Positions 28,361 through 37,554 are shown, numbered from the stretch's first letter. The stretch is DNA of 64,000 nucleotides from Planctomycetota bacterium (GCA_031409275.1 JANNXA010000055.1:288001-352000); one strand, 5' to 3'. The notes: generated by a model from the letters alone, not told the origin. Numbers and translations are program-made.

Positions 28361-29839
28361 TCAGCGCTGCACGAAGACGCCGTTGTTCTCGGTCGCGAGC
28401 CGGCGCAGGAATTCGGCGTCGATCCCCTTGCCAAGCCCGATCGTGTGGAGGATCACCCGCTTCATCGGATTCAGCCGGCGCACGAGCTGCAGCGAGCGGT
28501 CGGGCGGATCGCGTCCGCCCGGCAGGAACGGCTGGCCGTCGGTCAGCAAGAAGATCGTGTCGACCGAGGCGTCGTAGTACTTGTCGCCGGCGCCGCGGCC
28601 CGCGATGGCGAAGGCGTTCTCGAGCGAGTCGTAGATGTTGGTCGCGCCGCCTGGGCCAAGCTCCGCCACCCACTTCTGTGCCTTCTTGATCCGGTCGGGC
28701 GTCGCCTCGACCAGCCCCTTCTGCCAGCGATCGGCGCCGTTGCTGAAATAGACGATGTCGAACTTCACCTGCGGCGGCAGCTCGCCCAGCGCGCGGATCA
28801 GCTCCTTCTTCGACGCCTCCATGCGGCTCTCTTCGCCGGCGGGCGCGGGGATCGGCTGCGTCTCCGCCGCGTCGCCCCACTTCGGATTCGTCATCGACAC
28901 CTGCATCGAGCCCGAGCAGTCGATCACGTAGACGATCGAACGGGCGTCCTGCGGAATGCCGTGGAAGTAGCCATTCGCCTGCATCTGCACCGCCGGCTCG
29001 CCGCCGCCGAGCTCGACCTGCCCCGACGTGAAGCGCAAGCCTTCGGCCGCAAACCAGCTCTTCCAAGCGTTGGGACTCGCTCCGAGCTTCTGCCGGGTGA
29101 GGATCTCGAGTGCCGCGGCGAACTTCACCTGCGTGCGACCGCTCTCCTTCTCGAGCCGCAGCACCATCGGCTCGATGGCCGCGGGCACCACCAGCTTCGC
29201 GAGCGCCAGCGCCGCCTGCTCGCGTACCGTGGCTTCGGCGTGGTCGATCAACGGCAGCAGCGTCGCGCCCAGTTCCTTCGCGCGCGGCCCGAGCTCCTGC
29301 GCCAGCAGCAGCAGCGCCACCCAGTCGTCCTGGCGCTTCAGCGTCGGTGCCGCCTTCACCAGGACCGGGAGCAGCGGCTCGCCGACCGGCGCGGCGCCAT
29401 GCAGCGCCGCGAGCTTGAAGGTGAGCCCGACCGCCTCATCCCCCAGCACTCGACCGACCAACCAGACCAGCCCTTCGGTGGAATGGAGGTAGCCGAGCCG
29501 CTCGATGACGCGCGCCTGCGCCTTGCGGATCGGGTCGATCTTGGCGCGCCGCTCGACGATCTCGCCGTCCGAAAGGTCGCCCTTGGTCAGCTCCGCATGC
29601 GCGAGCTTCTCGGTCGACTGCGCCGCCGCTTCGAGCGCGAGCGACGCCTTGAGCAGGAGCTGCGCGATGGCCAACGAGTCGTAGGGACCGAGCCCATCGA
29701 GCGCGTCGACGAGTTCGACCGCCCGCTCCTTGGGATTGCGCAGGTACTTCTCGACCGTCGCGATCGCGTCCGCCTCGGCGTCGCCGCAAATCCGCGGTGA
29801 CGCCACGAGGAGCGCGAGGCAGGCGAGCAACGCCGTCAT
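28361..29839 (-). CDS. Exported HEAT-repeat + VWA domain protein
   Basis: Signal peptide, HEAT-like VREQAALALAKL, YFHGIP, MIDAS VIDCSGSM, GGATN, FLLTDGQP. Confidence 0.85.
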   Translation of the reverse strand: MTALLACLALLVASPRICGDAEADAIATVEKYLRNPKERAVELVDALDGLGPYDSLAIAQLLLKASLALEAAAQSTEKLAHAELTKGDLSDGEIVERRAKIDPIRKAQARVIERLGYLHSTEGLVWLVGRVLGDEAVGLTFKLAALHGAAPVGEPLLPVLVKAAPTLKRQDDWVALLLLAQELGPRAKELGATLLPLIDHAEATVREQAALALAKLVVPAAIEPMVLRLEKESGRTQVKFAAALEILTRQKLGASPNAWKSWFAAEGLRFTSGQVELGGGEPAVQMQANGYFHGIPQDARSIVYVIDCSGSMQVSMTNPKWGDAAETQPIPAPAGEESRMEASKKELIRALGELPPQVKFDIVYFSNGADRWQKGLVEATPDRIKKAQKWVAELGPGGATNIYDSLENAFAIAGRGAGDKYYDASVDTIFLLTDGQPFLPGGRDPPDRSLQLVRRLNPMKRVILHTIGLGKGIDAEFLRRLATENNGVFVQR

Positions 29840-29961
29840 GGTGGATCTCAAGTCGAGGTGAAGGGGCGCTTGCCGGGAGCAGCGCGCCCTCCTGATACCG
29901 ATGCAGCGCCCCCGAGCAACCGGAGCCGCCCCGGGGCGCGCCGTCGAAACCGCCGCCCCGC

Positions 29962-29988
29962 GAACTTCGCGCGAGGAAATCAGTCGAA
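29962..29988 (+). promoter_or_regulatory. Putative ECF-type promoter upstream of the ECF sigma gene
   Basis: GAACTT-N16-TCGAA, the same geometry as the site at 28285-28258. Confidence 0.5.
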
Positions 29989-30089
29989 CAGCGCGCGAAC
30001 GGCGTCGTTGACGCGATGCTGGCGGGCAACGCCAGCGCGGTGCCATGACGACGCCCGAAACGCGCTAGCGGCCAGGAGCGGGACCGACC

Positions 30090-30650
30090 TTGGACGACGC
30101 CCTCGACAGCGGGAACGACGACGGAGGCGACCTGCGTCGCTTCCTCGCCGGCGACCGCGAGTGTTTCGCCAAGGTGCTCGCCCGCCATCAAGGAGCGCTG
30201 CTGCACTACGCCCACCACCGCCTGCGCGATGCGACGGCGGCGGAGGATGCGGTGCAGGAGACCTTCCTGCGGCTCTTGCGCGAAGCGGCGGCGTTGACCG
30301 CGAACCGATCGTTGGCGGCGTGGCTCTTCCACGTCTGCCGCAACGTCTGCGCCGATGCGGCGCGCAAGGAGGTTCGCATGCAGCAACGAGAGCGGCGCGT
30401 CGCGGTCCCCGACCTCGCGCCGGCCGCGACCTGGAGCGCCGAGCAGCAAGAAGAGCAGAGCAAGGTGCGCGAACTGCTCGACGCGCTGCCCGACCACGAA
30501 CGCGAGGTGCTCACCTTGAAGGTGCACCACGGCAAGAGCTACCGCGAGATCCAGGCGCTGCTGGACACTTCGCTGCACGACGTCTTCAGCACGGCGCAGC
30601 GCGCATTGAAACGCGTCGCCGCCGGATTGCGCGCGGCCGGACTCGCCTGA
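30090..30650 (+). CDS. ECF RNA polymerase sigma-70 factor
   Basis: Region 2 AEDAVQETFLR...AWLFHVCRN, region 4 LDALPDHEREVLTL...SYREI. TTG start after AGGAG. Confidence 0.9.
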   Translation: MDDALDSGNDDGGDLRRFLAGDRECFAKVLARHQGALLHYAHHRLRDATAAEDAVQETFLRLLREAAALTANRSLAAWLFHVCRNVCADAARKEVRMQQRERRVAVPDLAPAATWSAEQQEEQSKVRELLDALPDHEREVLTLKVHHGKSYREIQALLDTSLHDVFSTAQRALKRVAAGLRAAGLA

Positions 30651-30717
30651 CGGCGCCGCCGCGACCGCCACCAAGTTTCGAACCCACCACGGCGCGCTTC
30701 GCGCTGGGAGAATCCCG

Positions 30718-33684
30718 ATGAACTCCGACCACGACTCGAACCGCGACTCGACCCCCGATGACGCCGCGCGCCCGCAGGGCTGCGCGCCTTTCCTCGACGA
30801 CCTCCCCCATCTGGTGCTCGGCGAGCTGGCGCCCGAGCGCGTCGCCGCCGTCGAAGCTCATTGCGCAAGCTGCGCCGATTGCCGCGCCGAGCGCGAGCTG
30901 CTGACCAAGTCGGCGCAACTGCTGCGACGCGACGCGACGCCGGCCGCGCCGGTGCTGCAACTCTCGACGGCGCGCCAGCAGGCGCTGCTCGAAGCGGCGG
31001 CGCGGACGGCGCCGGTTGCACCGCTCGCGCCGGTGCGCCGCTTCTGGAACCCGCGCCGCGCACTTGCGGCGGCGGCAGCGATCGCCGCGGTCGCGATCGG
31101 CAGTCAGTGGCTGTGGCGCGGGTACGACGTCGCGCCGCAACGGAACGGAACCGAATCGACGTACGAACTCGCGTCCATTCAACCGCCCGTAGGCCTTGGC
31201 GCGCCGCTTACGCCGACAAACGAACTCGCCGATCGGCTGAGCGCGGCGGCACAATCGGGCGATCGCGACGCCGCCCAATGGGCGATCACCGAACTGGCGG
31301 CAACCGATGTGTCTCTCTCGGTCGAGCAGCTCGCCTCACTCAGCATCGAACTCGCGCAAGCGGACCAATCGGCGGCGGCGATCGAGTTGTTGAAGCAGGC
31401 GCCGCCCGAGATGCAGCTCGACTCGGAGTCCCGCATGAAGCTGCGCAGGGTCGCCGCTTTCGTCGCGGCGAAGGCGCCCGCAGACGACACCTCGGCAGGG
31501 CTCGCCCAGCTCAACGCTCTCGGATACCTCGGCTCCGAATCGGAAGCCGTGCTGGACGCGGGGCTCGTCGATGACGGTGTCGACGAACTAGCGCGCCGCG
31601 AACTAGCGCGCGGCGCTGCGGCCGCCGCGAGCACGCCAGCCGCTGCGGTTGCATCGTCGCTCGAGACGACGCTCGATGCGCTTGGGTACGTGGGCCCCGT
31701 TGATGAGGCCAAGGCACTCGAAGAGCAGCGCGATTTGAAGTCGCTCCTCACGCTCGCCCGCGAGAGCGTCCCGGCGCCCGCGACGGACTCCTTCTTCACT
31801 GACCTCGGCGACGGCAGCGCAAGCGTGGCCAACGCACGGGCGCGCCTCGAGAACCTCTTCGAACTGTCCGAGGAGTCGATCCGGAGCCTCGACTCGATCC
31901 CGCAATGGGACCGTGGCGTGGACGACTACGGCGTCGGTTTGCCGCAGCTCGGCGCGTCGATCGCCGCTTCGATCCCGCAGCTCGCGACCCTCGCGCCGAG
32001 CGAGCTCTTTGCGCTGGAAGCGTCGCTTGGGCGCGCGGCCGCCGCGGGCGCCCGGCTCGACGTCGATGCGGTCGTGAAGTCGTGCCTCGACCAGCTCGCG
32101 CCGCGCCAGGGCGAGCCGCCACGCGACATGTTCTTCCGCTGGTTCGGCGACCATCCCTTCGTGCCGACGCGCGTCGACACGCTCTCCACCTTCGGGATGG
32201 ACGTCGACACCGCGAGCTACAACCTCGTGCGCAGCTACCTCGAGAAGGGGACGCTGCCGCCCAAGGTGGCCGTTCGCACCGAGGAGTTCGTCAACGCGTT
32301 CCGCCAGGAGCTCGCGGCGCCGGCGGCGGACAGCAACGACGTCTTCGCGATCACCACGGAACTCGCGCCAAGCCCGTTCGGAGGCGAAGGGCGCCACCTG
32401 CTGCGCGTCGGCCTGAAGGCGCGCGAGATCGCGAAGGAGGCGCGCAAACCCGCCGCGCTCACCTTCATCCTCGATGTCTCGGGCTCGATGGAAGAGGGCG
32501 GGCGCCTCGAACTCGTGAAGCAATCGCTGCGGCTGCTCGTGGCGCAGCTCGATGAGCGCGACACGATCGGCATCGTCGTCTTCTCCGAGAACGCGCGGCG
32601 CGCGCTGCCGCCGACGCGCGCCTCCGATGCCGCGCGCATCTTCGCGGTGCTCGACTCCTTCCGCCCGGAGCAGTCGACCAACGCCGACGCCGGCCTGCGT
32701 CTGGGCTACGAGATGGCGGTCGAGCAGCTGCGCCCCGACGCCGACAACCGCGTCATCCTCTGCTCCGACGGAGTCGCCAACGCGGGCATCACCGATCCCG
32801 CCTGGCTCTCGGCGCGCATCCGTGAGTGCAAGGGCAAGCGCATCTACCTCACGTCGATCGGCGTCGGCATGGGCAACCACAACGACGCGCTGATGGAGCA
32901 ACTCGCGGACGAGGGCGACGGGCAGTGCCACTACGTCGACGACCTCGCCGAGGCGAAGCAGATCTTCGTCGACGGCCTGACCGGCACCCTCTCGACGGTG
33001 GCACGCGACGCCAAGATCCAGGTCGAGTTCGATCCACTTGCCGTGCGCGCCTTCCGGCAGCTCGGCTACGAGAATCGGGCGATCGCTCACGCCAACTTCC
33101 GCAATGACCGCGTCGACGCGGGCGAGGTGGGCGCCGGCCAGTCGGTGGTGGCGCTCTACGAGGTCGAGCTCGCCGCGGACGCAACCGGGCCACTGGCGAC
33201 CGTGCGCTGCCGCTACGAGGATCCGCGCAACGCCACCGTGCGCGAACAGGCGCGCCTCGCCTTCGCCGCGGAGTCGGGAGCCACCGTTGCCGCGATGCCG
33301 GCACGCTGGCGGCTCGATGCCGCGGTGGCCGAGTTCGCCGAGCTGCTGCGCCAGAGCGTCCATGCTCGCGACGGCTCCTTCGGTGCGGTCGAACGGCTGG
33401 CCGAACCGCTGGTGGCCGAGCTGCCGGGAGATGCCGACGTGGCCGAGTTCGTCGCGCTGGTGAAGCAGGCGGCGCGACTGCCCGATCTCCTGCCGCGTCG
33501 CACCGAGCTCACCCGCTGCGTCGACGAGATCAAGAAGGTGCGCTGCTGGCAGCGGGAACTCGAACAGAGCGACCCGCCGCAGCGGCAGGCCAACTCCGCG
33601 CTGATGCAGCAGCTCGAGGAGCAGAATCGCAAGCTCGAGCAGGCGCTGCGCGACGCGCTGGCGAACGCGGCCAACGCGCGTTGA
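30718..33684 (+). CDS. zf-HC2 anti-sigma factor fused to a YfbK-type module (vWF_A + VWA + DUF3520)
   Basis: HxxxCxxC (HCASCADC), TM segment, STFGMDVDTASY, VRTEEFVN, MIDAS LDVSGSM, SDGVAN, GYENR, DAGEVGAGQSVVALYE. Confidence 0.9.
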   Translation: MNSDHDSNRDSTPDDAARPQGCAPFLDDLPHLVLGELAPERVAAVEAHCASCADCRAERELLTKSAQLLRRDATPAAPVLQLSTARQQALLEAAARTAPVAPLAPVRRFWNPRRALAAAAAIAAVAIGSQWLWRGYDVAPQRNGTESTYELASIQPPVGLGAPLTPTNELADRLSAAAQSGDRDAAQWAITELAATDVSLSVEQLASLSIELAQADQSAAAIELLKQAPPEMQLDSESRMKLRRVAAFVAAKAPADDTSAGLAQLNALGYLGSESEAVLDAGLVDDGVDELARRELARGAAAAASTPAAAVASSLETTLDALGYVGPVDEAKALEEQRDLKSLLTLARESVPAPATDSFFTDLGDGSASVANARARLENLFELSEESIRSLDSIPQWDRGVDDYGVGLPQLGASIAASIPQLATLAPSELFALEASLGRAAAAGARLDVDAVVKSCLDQLAPRQGEPPRDMFFRWFGDHPFVPTRVDTLSTFGMDVDTASYNLVRSYLEKGTLPPKVAVRTEEFVNAFRQELAAPAADSNDVFAITTELAPSPFGGEGRHLLRVGLKAREIAKEARKPAALTFILDVSGSMEEGGRLELVKQSLRLLVAQLDERDTIGIVVFSENARRALPPTRASDAARIFAVLDSFRPEQSTNADAGLRLGYEMAVEQLRPDADNRVILCSDGVANAGITDPAWLSARIRECKGKRIYLTSIGVGMGNHNDALMEQLADEGDGQCHYVDDLAEAKQIFVDGLTGTLSTVARDAKIQVEFDPLAVRAFRQLGYENRAIAHANFRNDRVDAGEVGAGQSVVALYEVELAADATGPLATVRCRYEDPRNATVREQARLAFAAESGATVAAMPARWRLDAAVAEFAELLRQSVHARDGSFGAVERLAEPLVAELPGDADVAEFVALVKQAARLPDLLPRRTELTRCVDEIKKVRCWQRELEQSDPPQRQANSALMQQLEEQNRKLEQALRDALANAANAR

Positions 33685-33715
33685 GAACACCGGCCGCTCG
33701 CCTGGGAATTGCGCT

Positions 33716-33896
33716 TCGCCCGCCTGATTCTTGAGTCCCTGCTGCGGCTCGGCCTGTCGACGCATGACATCGTCGGAAAACCGCGCTCCTTCCTCAGCGG
33801 GTCGTCAGACCCGCATCGTCGGAGCCGCGCTTTCCCTCCTCGTCCTGCGCCGACATGCAGTCGCCTCGCGACGGGGCTCCTGAATCAAGCGGGCGA
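33716..33896. repeat. ~180-bp imperfect palindromic element between convergent genes
   Basis: TCGCCCGCCTGATTCTTGAGTCCC versus GGGGCTCCTGAATCAAGCGGGCGA. Central hairpin GCGGGTC-GTCA-GACCCGC and an inner CGTCGGA...CTCCTCG motif. Confidence 0.65.
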
Positions 33897-35777
33897 GCGA
33901 GCGATCTGCGCCAGGCCCACGAACCAGAAGCTCCACGCCGCCAGGCCGGCGAGGACCACCGCGACCACCGCCAGGACGCGCGCGGGGATCCGCTGCAGGC
34001 CGGCGTCGAGGCCGATGGTCAGCGTGGCCAGCATCGGAAAGAGGTAGCGCCCCTGCGGCGGCATGAAGTAGGTCCAGGCGTGCCAGATCGCTTGCGCCAC
34101 CGTCGCGACGATCATCAGCGCAGTCAGGAGCAGCAGCGGTCGCTCGGCCCGCGCGGCCGTCCGCCAGCTGTGGACGAAGCCCAGGACGAGCAGCAGCGTG
34201 ATCAGCAGCACGGCGAGGTCGTAGTAGGCGGGCTGGGCCACGTGCCCGATCTGGCCGTAGGTCCCCGTGGCCGTCTCCACCATCGGTCGGACCCAGTCGG
34301 GCCGCTCGAACAGTTCGGAGAGCGGCACCCCGCGGTCGCGCAGGTAGCGACCGGGATGGCCGACGCCGGCGATCGCGCCGGAACGGGTGAGCCACGGGTC
34401 GGCGCGCGTTTCGACGAACGCCTCGACGCGGCGCGCGTAGTCGAAGCCGTTGATCGACTCCACGTAGAGCCAGCGCACGCCGAAGCAGAGCGCCGGGATC
34501 GCGGCGACCTTCACCACGGCGCGTAGCAGGCGCGGCCACTCCTCGCGAGCCACGCGCGCCCGCAGTCCGAGCGCAAGCGCGGCGAGGCAGAAAGGGACGA
34601 AGATCCGGTAGTTCGCCTTCGAGCAGGCGAGCAGCCCCAGCACGACGGCGAGCGCGCTCCAGCGGATGCGGCCGATCGCGCGTCCGCCCGACGCCGCCGC
34701 GTCGCCGATCGACACCACCAACGCAGCGGCCAGCAGCGACAACGCGAGCGGGAGGCCGTCGCCGTTGAAGTAGCAGTAGACGTACCAGACCTGCGGCGAG
34801 GCGATCAGCAGCAGCAGCAGCGCCGGCTGGCGCGGCGCGCGCCACGCGGCCAGCACGAGCAGCAGCGCCAACAGCGCGACTTGAAACGCTCGCAACGCCG
34901 CTTCGGACGGCTCGGCGAGGAGCGCGAGGAATCGCCCCGCAATCGCATAGACGACGTCGAGTTCGAAGAGGTAGCTGCGCCCCCAGCGCGGGATGAGCGT
35001 GTCGTCGAGCGATGGGTCGCCGATCGGCACCGGCAACCAGTGGCTCACGTGGAACCCCGCCGCCGCCGCGTGCCCCCACTCGTCGGGATGGGCGAGGTGG
35101 CCCGAGACGGCGGCCATCGCCACCACCGCGCCGAGCACGAGGAGCGCGATCGCTCCCGCGATGCACCGCACGCTCGTGAGTCGCTGCACGCTCGCCCAGG
35201 GCACGGCCACGCGTCCCGCGCGCCAGACGCTCGCGGCGAGCCACCCCACGAGGAGCGCGACGAACAGCATGAAGAGCTGCAACGAGCGCAGCGCCGGCGA
35301 GCGCGGCAGCAACGGGAAGGCGACGCGGATCACGGCGTGGCCGCTCTCGGTGGCCGTCGCACGGATCGTCAGCCCATCGGCTTCGCGCACGTGATCGACC
35401 CCGCCCCGCTTGCCGACCGCGCGCGCACGCGTCTCTTCGAGGATCGACTCGCCGTCGAGCACGGCGAACCGCGAGAGCAGGACGCTCGCGCCTGCTGGGA
35501 TCTCGAGCTGCGCCGCGGTGATGAAGCGCGGTGGCAACGTGAAGTCGACGTCGACGAGCTCTGCGCTGGCCGGCAGCTCCCGCTCCTCGCGCCAAGGCGG
35601 CCGGGACTCGCCGCAGGCGAGCTGCAGCGCGATCACCACCGGCGCGTCCATGCGCAACGAAAGACGCAACGTCGTCGGCGCCGGCGCAACGAGGAGCCAG
35701 GACGCGACGGCGAGCACGCCGACCAGCAGCGCCCCCACCGCGACGCGCGTCACTCCACGCGAGGAACCGGTCGTCAC
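33885..35777 (-). CDS. Polytopic membrane protein, GT-C/DUF2142-like glycosyltransferase
   Basis: HPDEWGH after a TM helix, many TM segments, C-terminal PQGRYLFP. GTG overlaps the upstream stop. Confidence 0.7.
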   Translation of the reverse strand: MTTGSSRGVTRVAVGALLVGVLAVASWLLVAPAPTTLRLSLRMDAPVVIALQLACGESRPPWREERELPASAELVDVDFTLPPRFITAAQLEIPAGASVLLSRFAVLDGESILEETRARAVGKRGGVDHVREADGLTIRATATESGHAVIRVAFPLLPRSPALRSLQLFMLFVALLVGWLAASVWRAGRVAVPWASVQRLTSVRCIAGAIALLVLGAVVAMAAVSGHLAHPDEWGHAAAAGFHVSHWLPVPIGDPSLDDTLIPRWGRSYLFELDVVYAIAGRFLALLAEPSEAALRAFQVALLALLLVLAAWRAPRQPALLLLLIASPQVWYVYCYFNGDGLPLALSLLAAALVVSIGDAAASGGRAIGRIRWSALAVVLGLLACSKANYRIFVPFCLAALALGLRARVAREEWPRLLRAVVKVAAIPALCFGVRWLYVESINGFDYARRVEAFVETRADPWLTRSGAIAGVGHPGRYLRDRGVPLSELFERPDWVRPMVETATGTYGQIGHVAQPAYYDLAVLLITLLLVLGFVHSWRTAARAERPLLLLTALMIVATVAQAIWHAWTYFMPPQGRYLFPMLATLTIGLDAGLQRIPARVLAVVAVVLAGLAAWSFWFVGLAQIARSPA

Positions 35778-36316
35778 GCGTCGAGGCTCCGGACGACGCG
35801 CGCCGGGACGCCCGCCACCACGCTGCGCGGAGGCACGTCGTCGACCACCACGCTGCCGGCGGCCACGAACGACTCGCGCCCGATGCGGCGGCCCGGAAGG
35901 ATCGTCGCATTCGCGCCGACGAAGCAGCCGCTCTCGAAGACCGTTCCCGCCACCATCGAGGGGAACGCACGCTGCAGCGGATGGTCGCGGTAGCCGACGT
36001 TCAGGTGGGTCAGGACGACGACGCGCGCCGCGATCGTGACGTCGTCCGCGAGCTCGATCCCCTCCGCGAGGTCGAGCAGGCATCCATCGCCGAGGAAGCA
36101 ACGGCGGCCGAGGCGCAGACCCGCGAGCCCGCGCCGGTCGAGATTGGTGAAGCGGACGTCATGCAGGATCGAGTCCGCCCCGATCGTCGCACCGAGCAGC
36201 CGCAGCCAGACCGCACGCAGCTGCGGGAAGAGCGCGAGCCGGTACGGCACCATGGCCAAGGTGACGAACCCGAAGCGCGCGGCGCGACGCCAGCCGATCT
36301 CGTCGAGGGCCTTCAC
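35774..36316 (-). CDS. Hexapeptide-repeat (LbH) acyltransferase
   Basis: LRLLGATIG, CFVGANATILPGRRIG, AAGSVV.DDVP...VVAGVPARV. Confidence 0.9.
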   Translation of the reverse strand: MKALDEIGWRRAARFGFVTLAMVPYRLALFPQLRAVWLRLLGATIGADSILHDVRFTNLDRRGLAGLRLGRRCFLGDGCLLDLAEGIELADDVTIAARVVVLTHLNVGYRDHPLQRAFPSMVAGTVFESGCFVGANATILPGRRIGRESFVAAGSVVVDDVPPRSVVAGVPARVVRSLDA

Positions 36317-36523
36317 GCGACACCTCGACGATTCGCCGCCGGCCCGGAGCGCTCGACCGTCGCCTCGTGGTTGCGCTCGTCGTCCACTGGACTCTCCGCA
36401 GGTCGCTCCGACACCCGGCGCGTGTCGGCGAACCGCGAAGCCGGGTCGGCCGGAATCTACTGGGAAGGGAGGGCGACGACGAGTGGAGCCGCTCGTCGAT
36501 CGCGCGCTGCGGCGACGGGCCTC

Positions 36524-36567
36524 TTGTCGAGGTGATCCATCCATCGCTATATCGCGATGCACTGATG
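36524..36567 (+). promoter_or_regulatory. sigma70 promoter overlapped by SahR-like operator(s)
   Basis: TTGTCG-N18-TATATC. Palindrome CATCGC-N6-GCGATG (36542-36559) and a second ATC-N10-GAT (36551-36566). Confidence 0.55.
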
Positions 36568-37554
36568 GCCACTTTGAACGACACCAGCCGCGCCCTTAAG
36601 GCGCTCGCCGACCCGACTCGATTGCGCCTGCTGCACCTGCTGTCGCAGCACGAGCTGTCGGTGGCGGAGCTGACGCGCATCGTCGGGGCCGGCCAGTCGA
36701 CCGTCTCGCAGCACCTCGCGCAGCTGCGCAAGGCGGGACTGCTCGCCGATCGCAAGGACGGGGCGCGCTGCTACTACTCGCGCACCGCGCAGACGAGCGC
36801 CGCCAGCCAGGCGTGGAGCGAGCTTTCCGACGCCATCGCCGGTTCCGAAGAGGCGCTCCACGATGACGCCGCGCTCGCCGAGGTCCTCGCCGCTCGCGAG
36901 CAGGAGGCGCGCGCCTACTTCGACCGCATCGCCGACGCCATCGAGCACGAGTACCTGCCCGGCCGGACTTGGGAAGGGCTCGCGAAGGCGCTGGTCCGGC
37001 TGCTGCCGCGCGCGAAGGTGGCCGACCTCGGCATCGGCGGCGGCGAGCTCACCCTGCTGCTGTGCGATGCCAGCGAGCGCGTCATCGGCGTCGACTCGAG
37101 CGAGGCGATGCTGGCGCGCGTGCGCGCCAAGGCGGCGAAGGCGGGCGTCGCGAACCTCGAACTGCGCCACGGCGAGATCGAGGCGCTGCCGTTGCGCGAT
37201 GGCGAAGTCGGGCTCGTCGTCCTCTCGCAGGCGCTCCACCACGCCACGCTGCCTCAACGCGCGCTGGCCGAGGCGTTCCGCGTGCTCGCGCCCGGCGGCC
37301 GCCTGCTGGTGCTCGACCTGCTGAAGCACAAGGAGCGCTGGACCGCGGTCAAGTTCCAGGACCGCTGGCAGGGCTTCCACGAGCGCGAACTGCACGAATG
37401 GCTCGCCGAAGCGGGCTTTCGCGACATCTCCACCGCGATCGTCGCGCGCGAACGACAGCCCCCCTTCTTCCAGACCCTGCTTGCACTGGCCGCGAAACCG
37501 CAACGTGCCGCGATCGACGACAAACCGCGTCAACGCCCCGCGAGGAAACGATGA
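36565..37554 (+). CDS. sahR: ArsR-HTH + SAM-binding methyltransferase-fold regulator (SahR-like)
   Basis: LKALADPTRLRLL, SQHLAQLRKAGL, VADLGIGGG, SQALHH, LAPGGRLLVLD. Coupled to metH. Confidence 0.8.
   Translation: MATLNDTSRALKALADPTRLRLLHLLSQHELSVAELTRIVGAGQSTVSQHLAQLRKAGLLADRKDGARCYYSRTAQTSAASQAWSELSDAIAGSEEALHDDAALAEVLAAREQEARAYFDRIADAIEHEYLPGRTWEGLAKALVRLLPRAKVADLGIGGGELTLLLCDASERVIGVDSSEAMLARVRAKAAKAGVANLELRHGEIEALPLRDGEVGLVVLSQALHHATLPQRALAEAFRVLAPGGRLLVLDLLKHKERWTAVKFQDRWQGFHERELHEWLAEAGFRDISTAIVARERQPPFFQTLLALAAKPQRAAIDDKPRQRPARKR

Noticed and set aside
36385..36500. Possible second cobalamin riboswitch (CCACTG...CTGGGAAGG) upstream of sahR-metH
   Set aside because: It lacks the GGGAA-CCGGTG-AATTCC core, the ACTGT block and the AGCCAG-AGACC end seen in the real one at 14.4 kb. 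It also lies upstream of the predicted promoter.
36969..37550. Apparent N-terminal extension of MetH
   Set aside because: Off-frame overlap with the regulator gene. MetH homology starts at ATG 37551.
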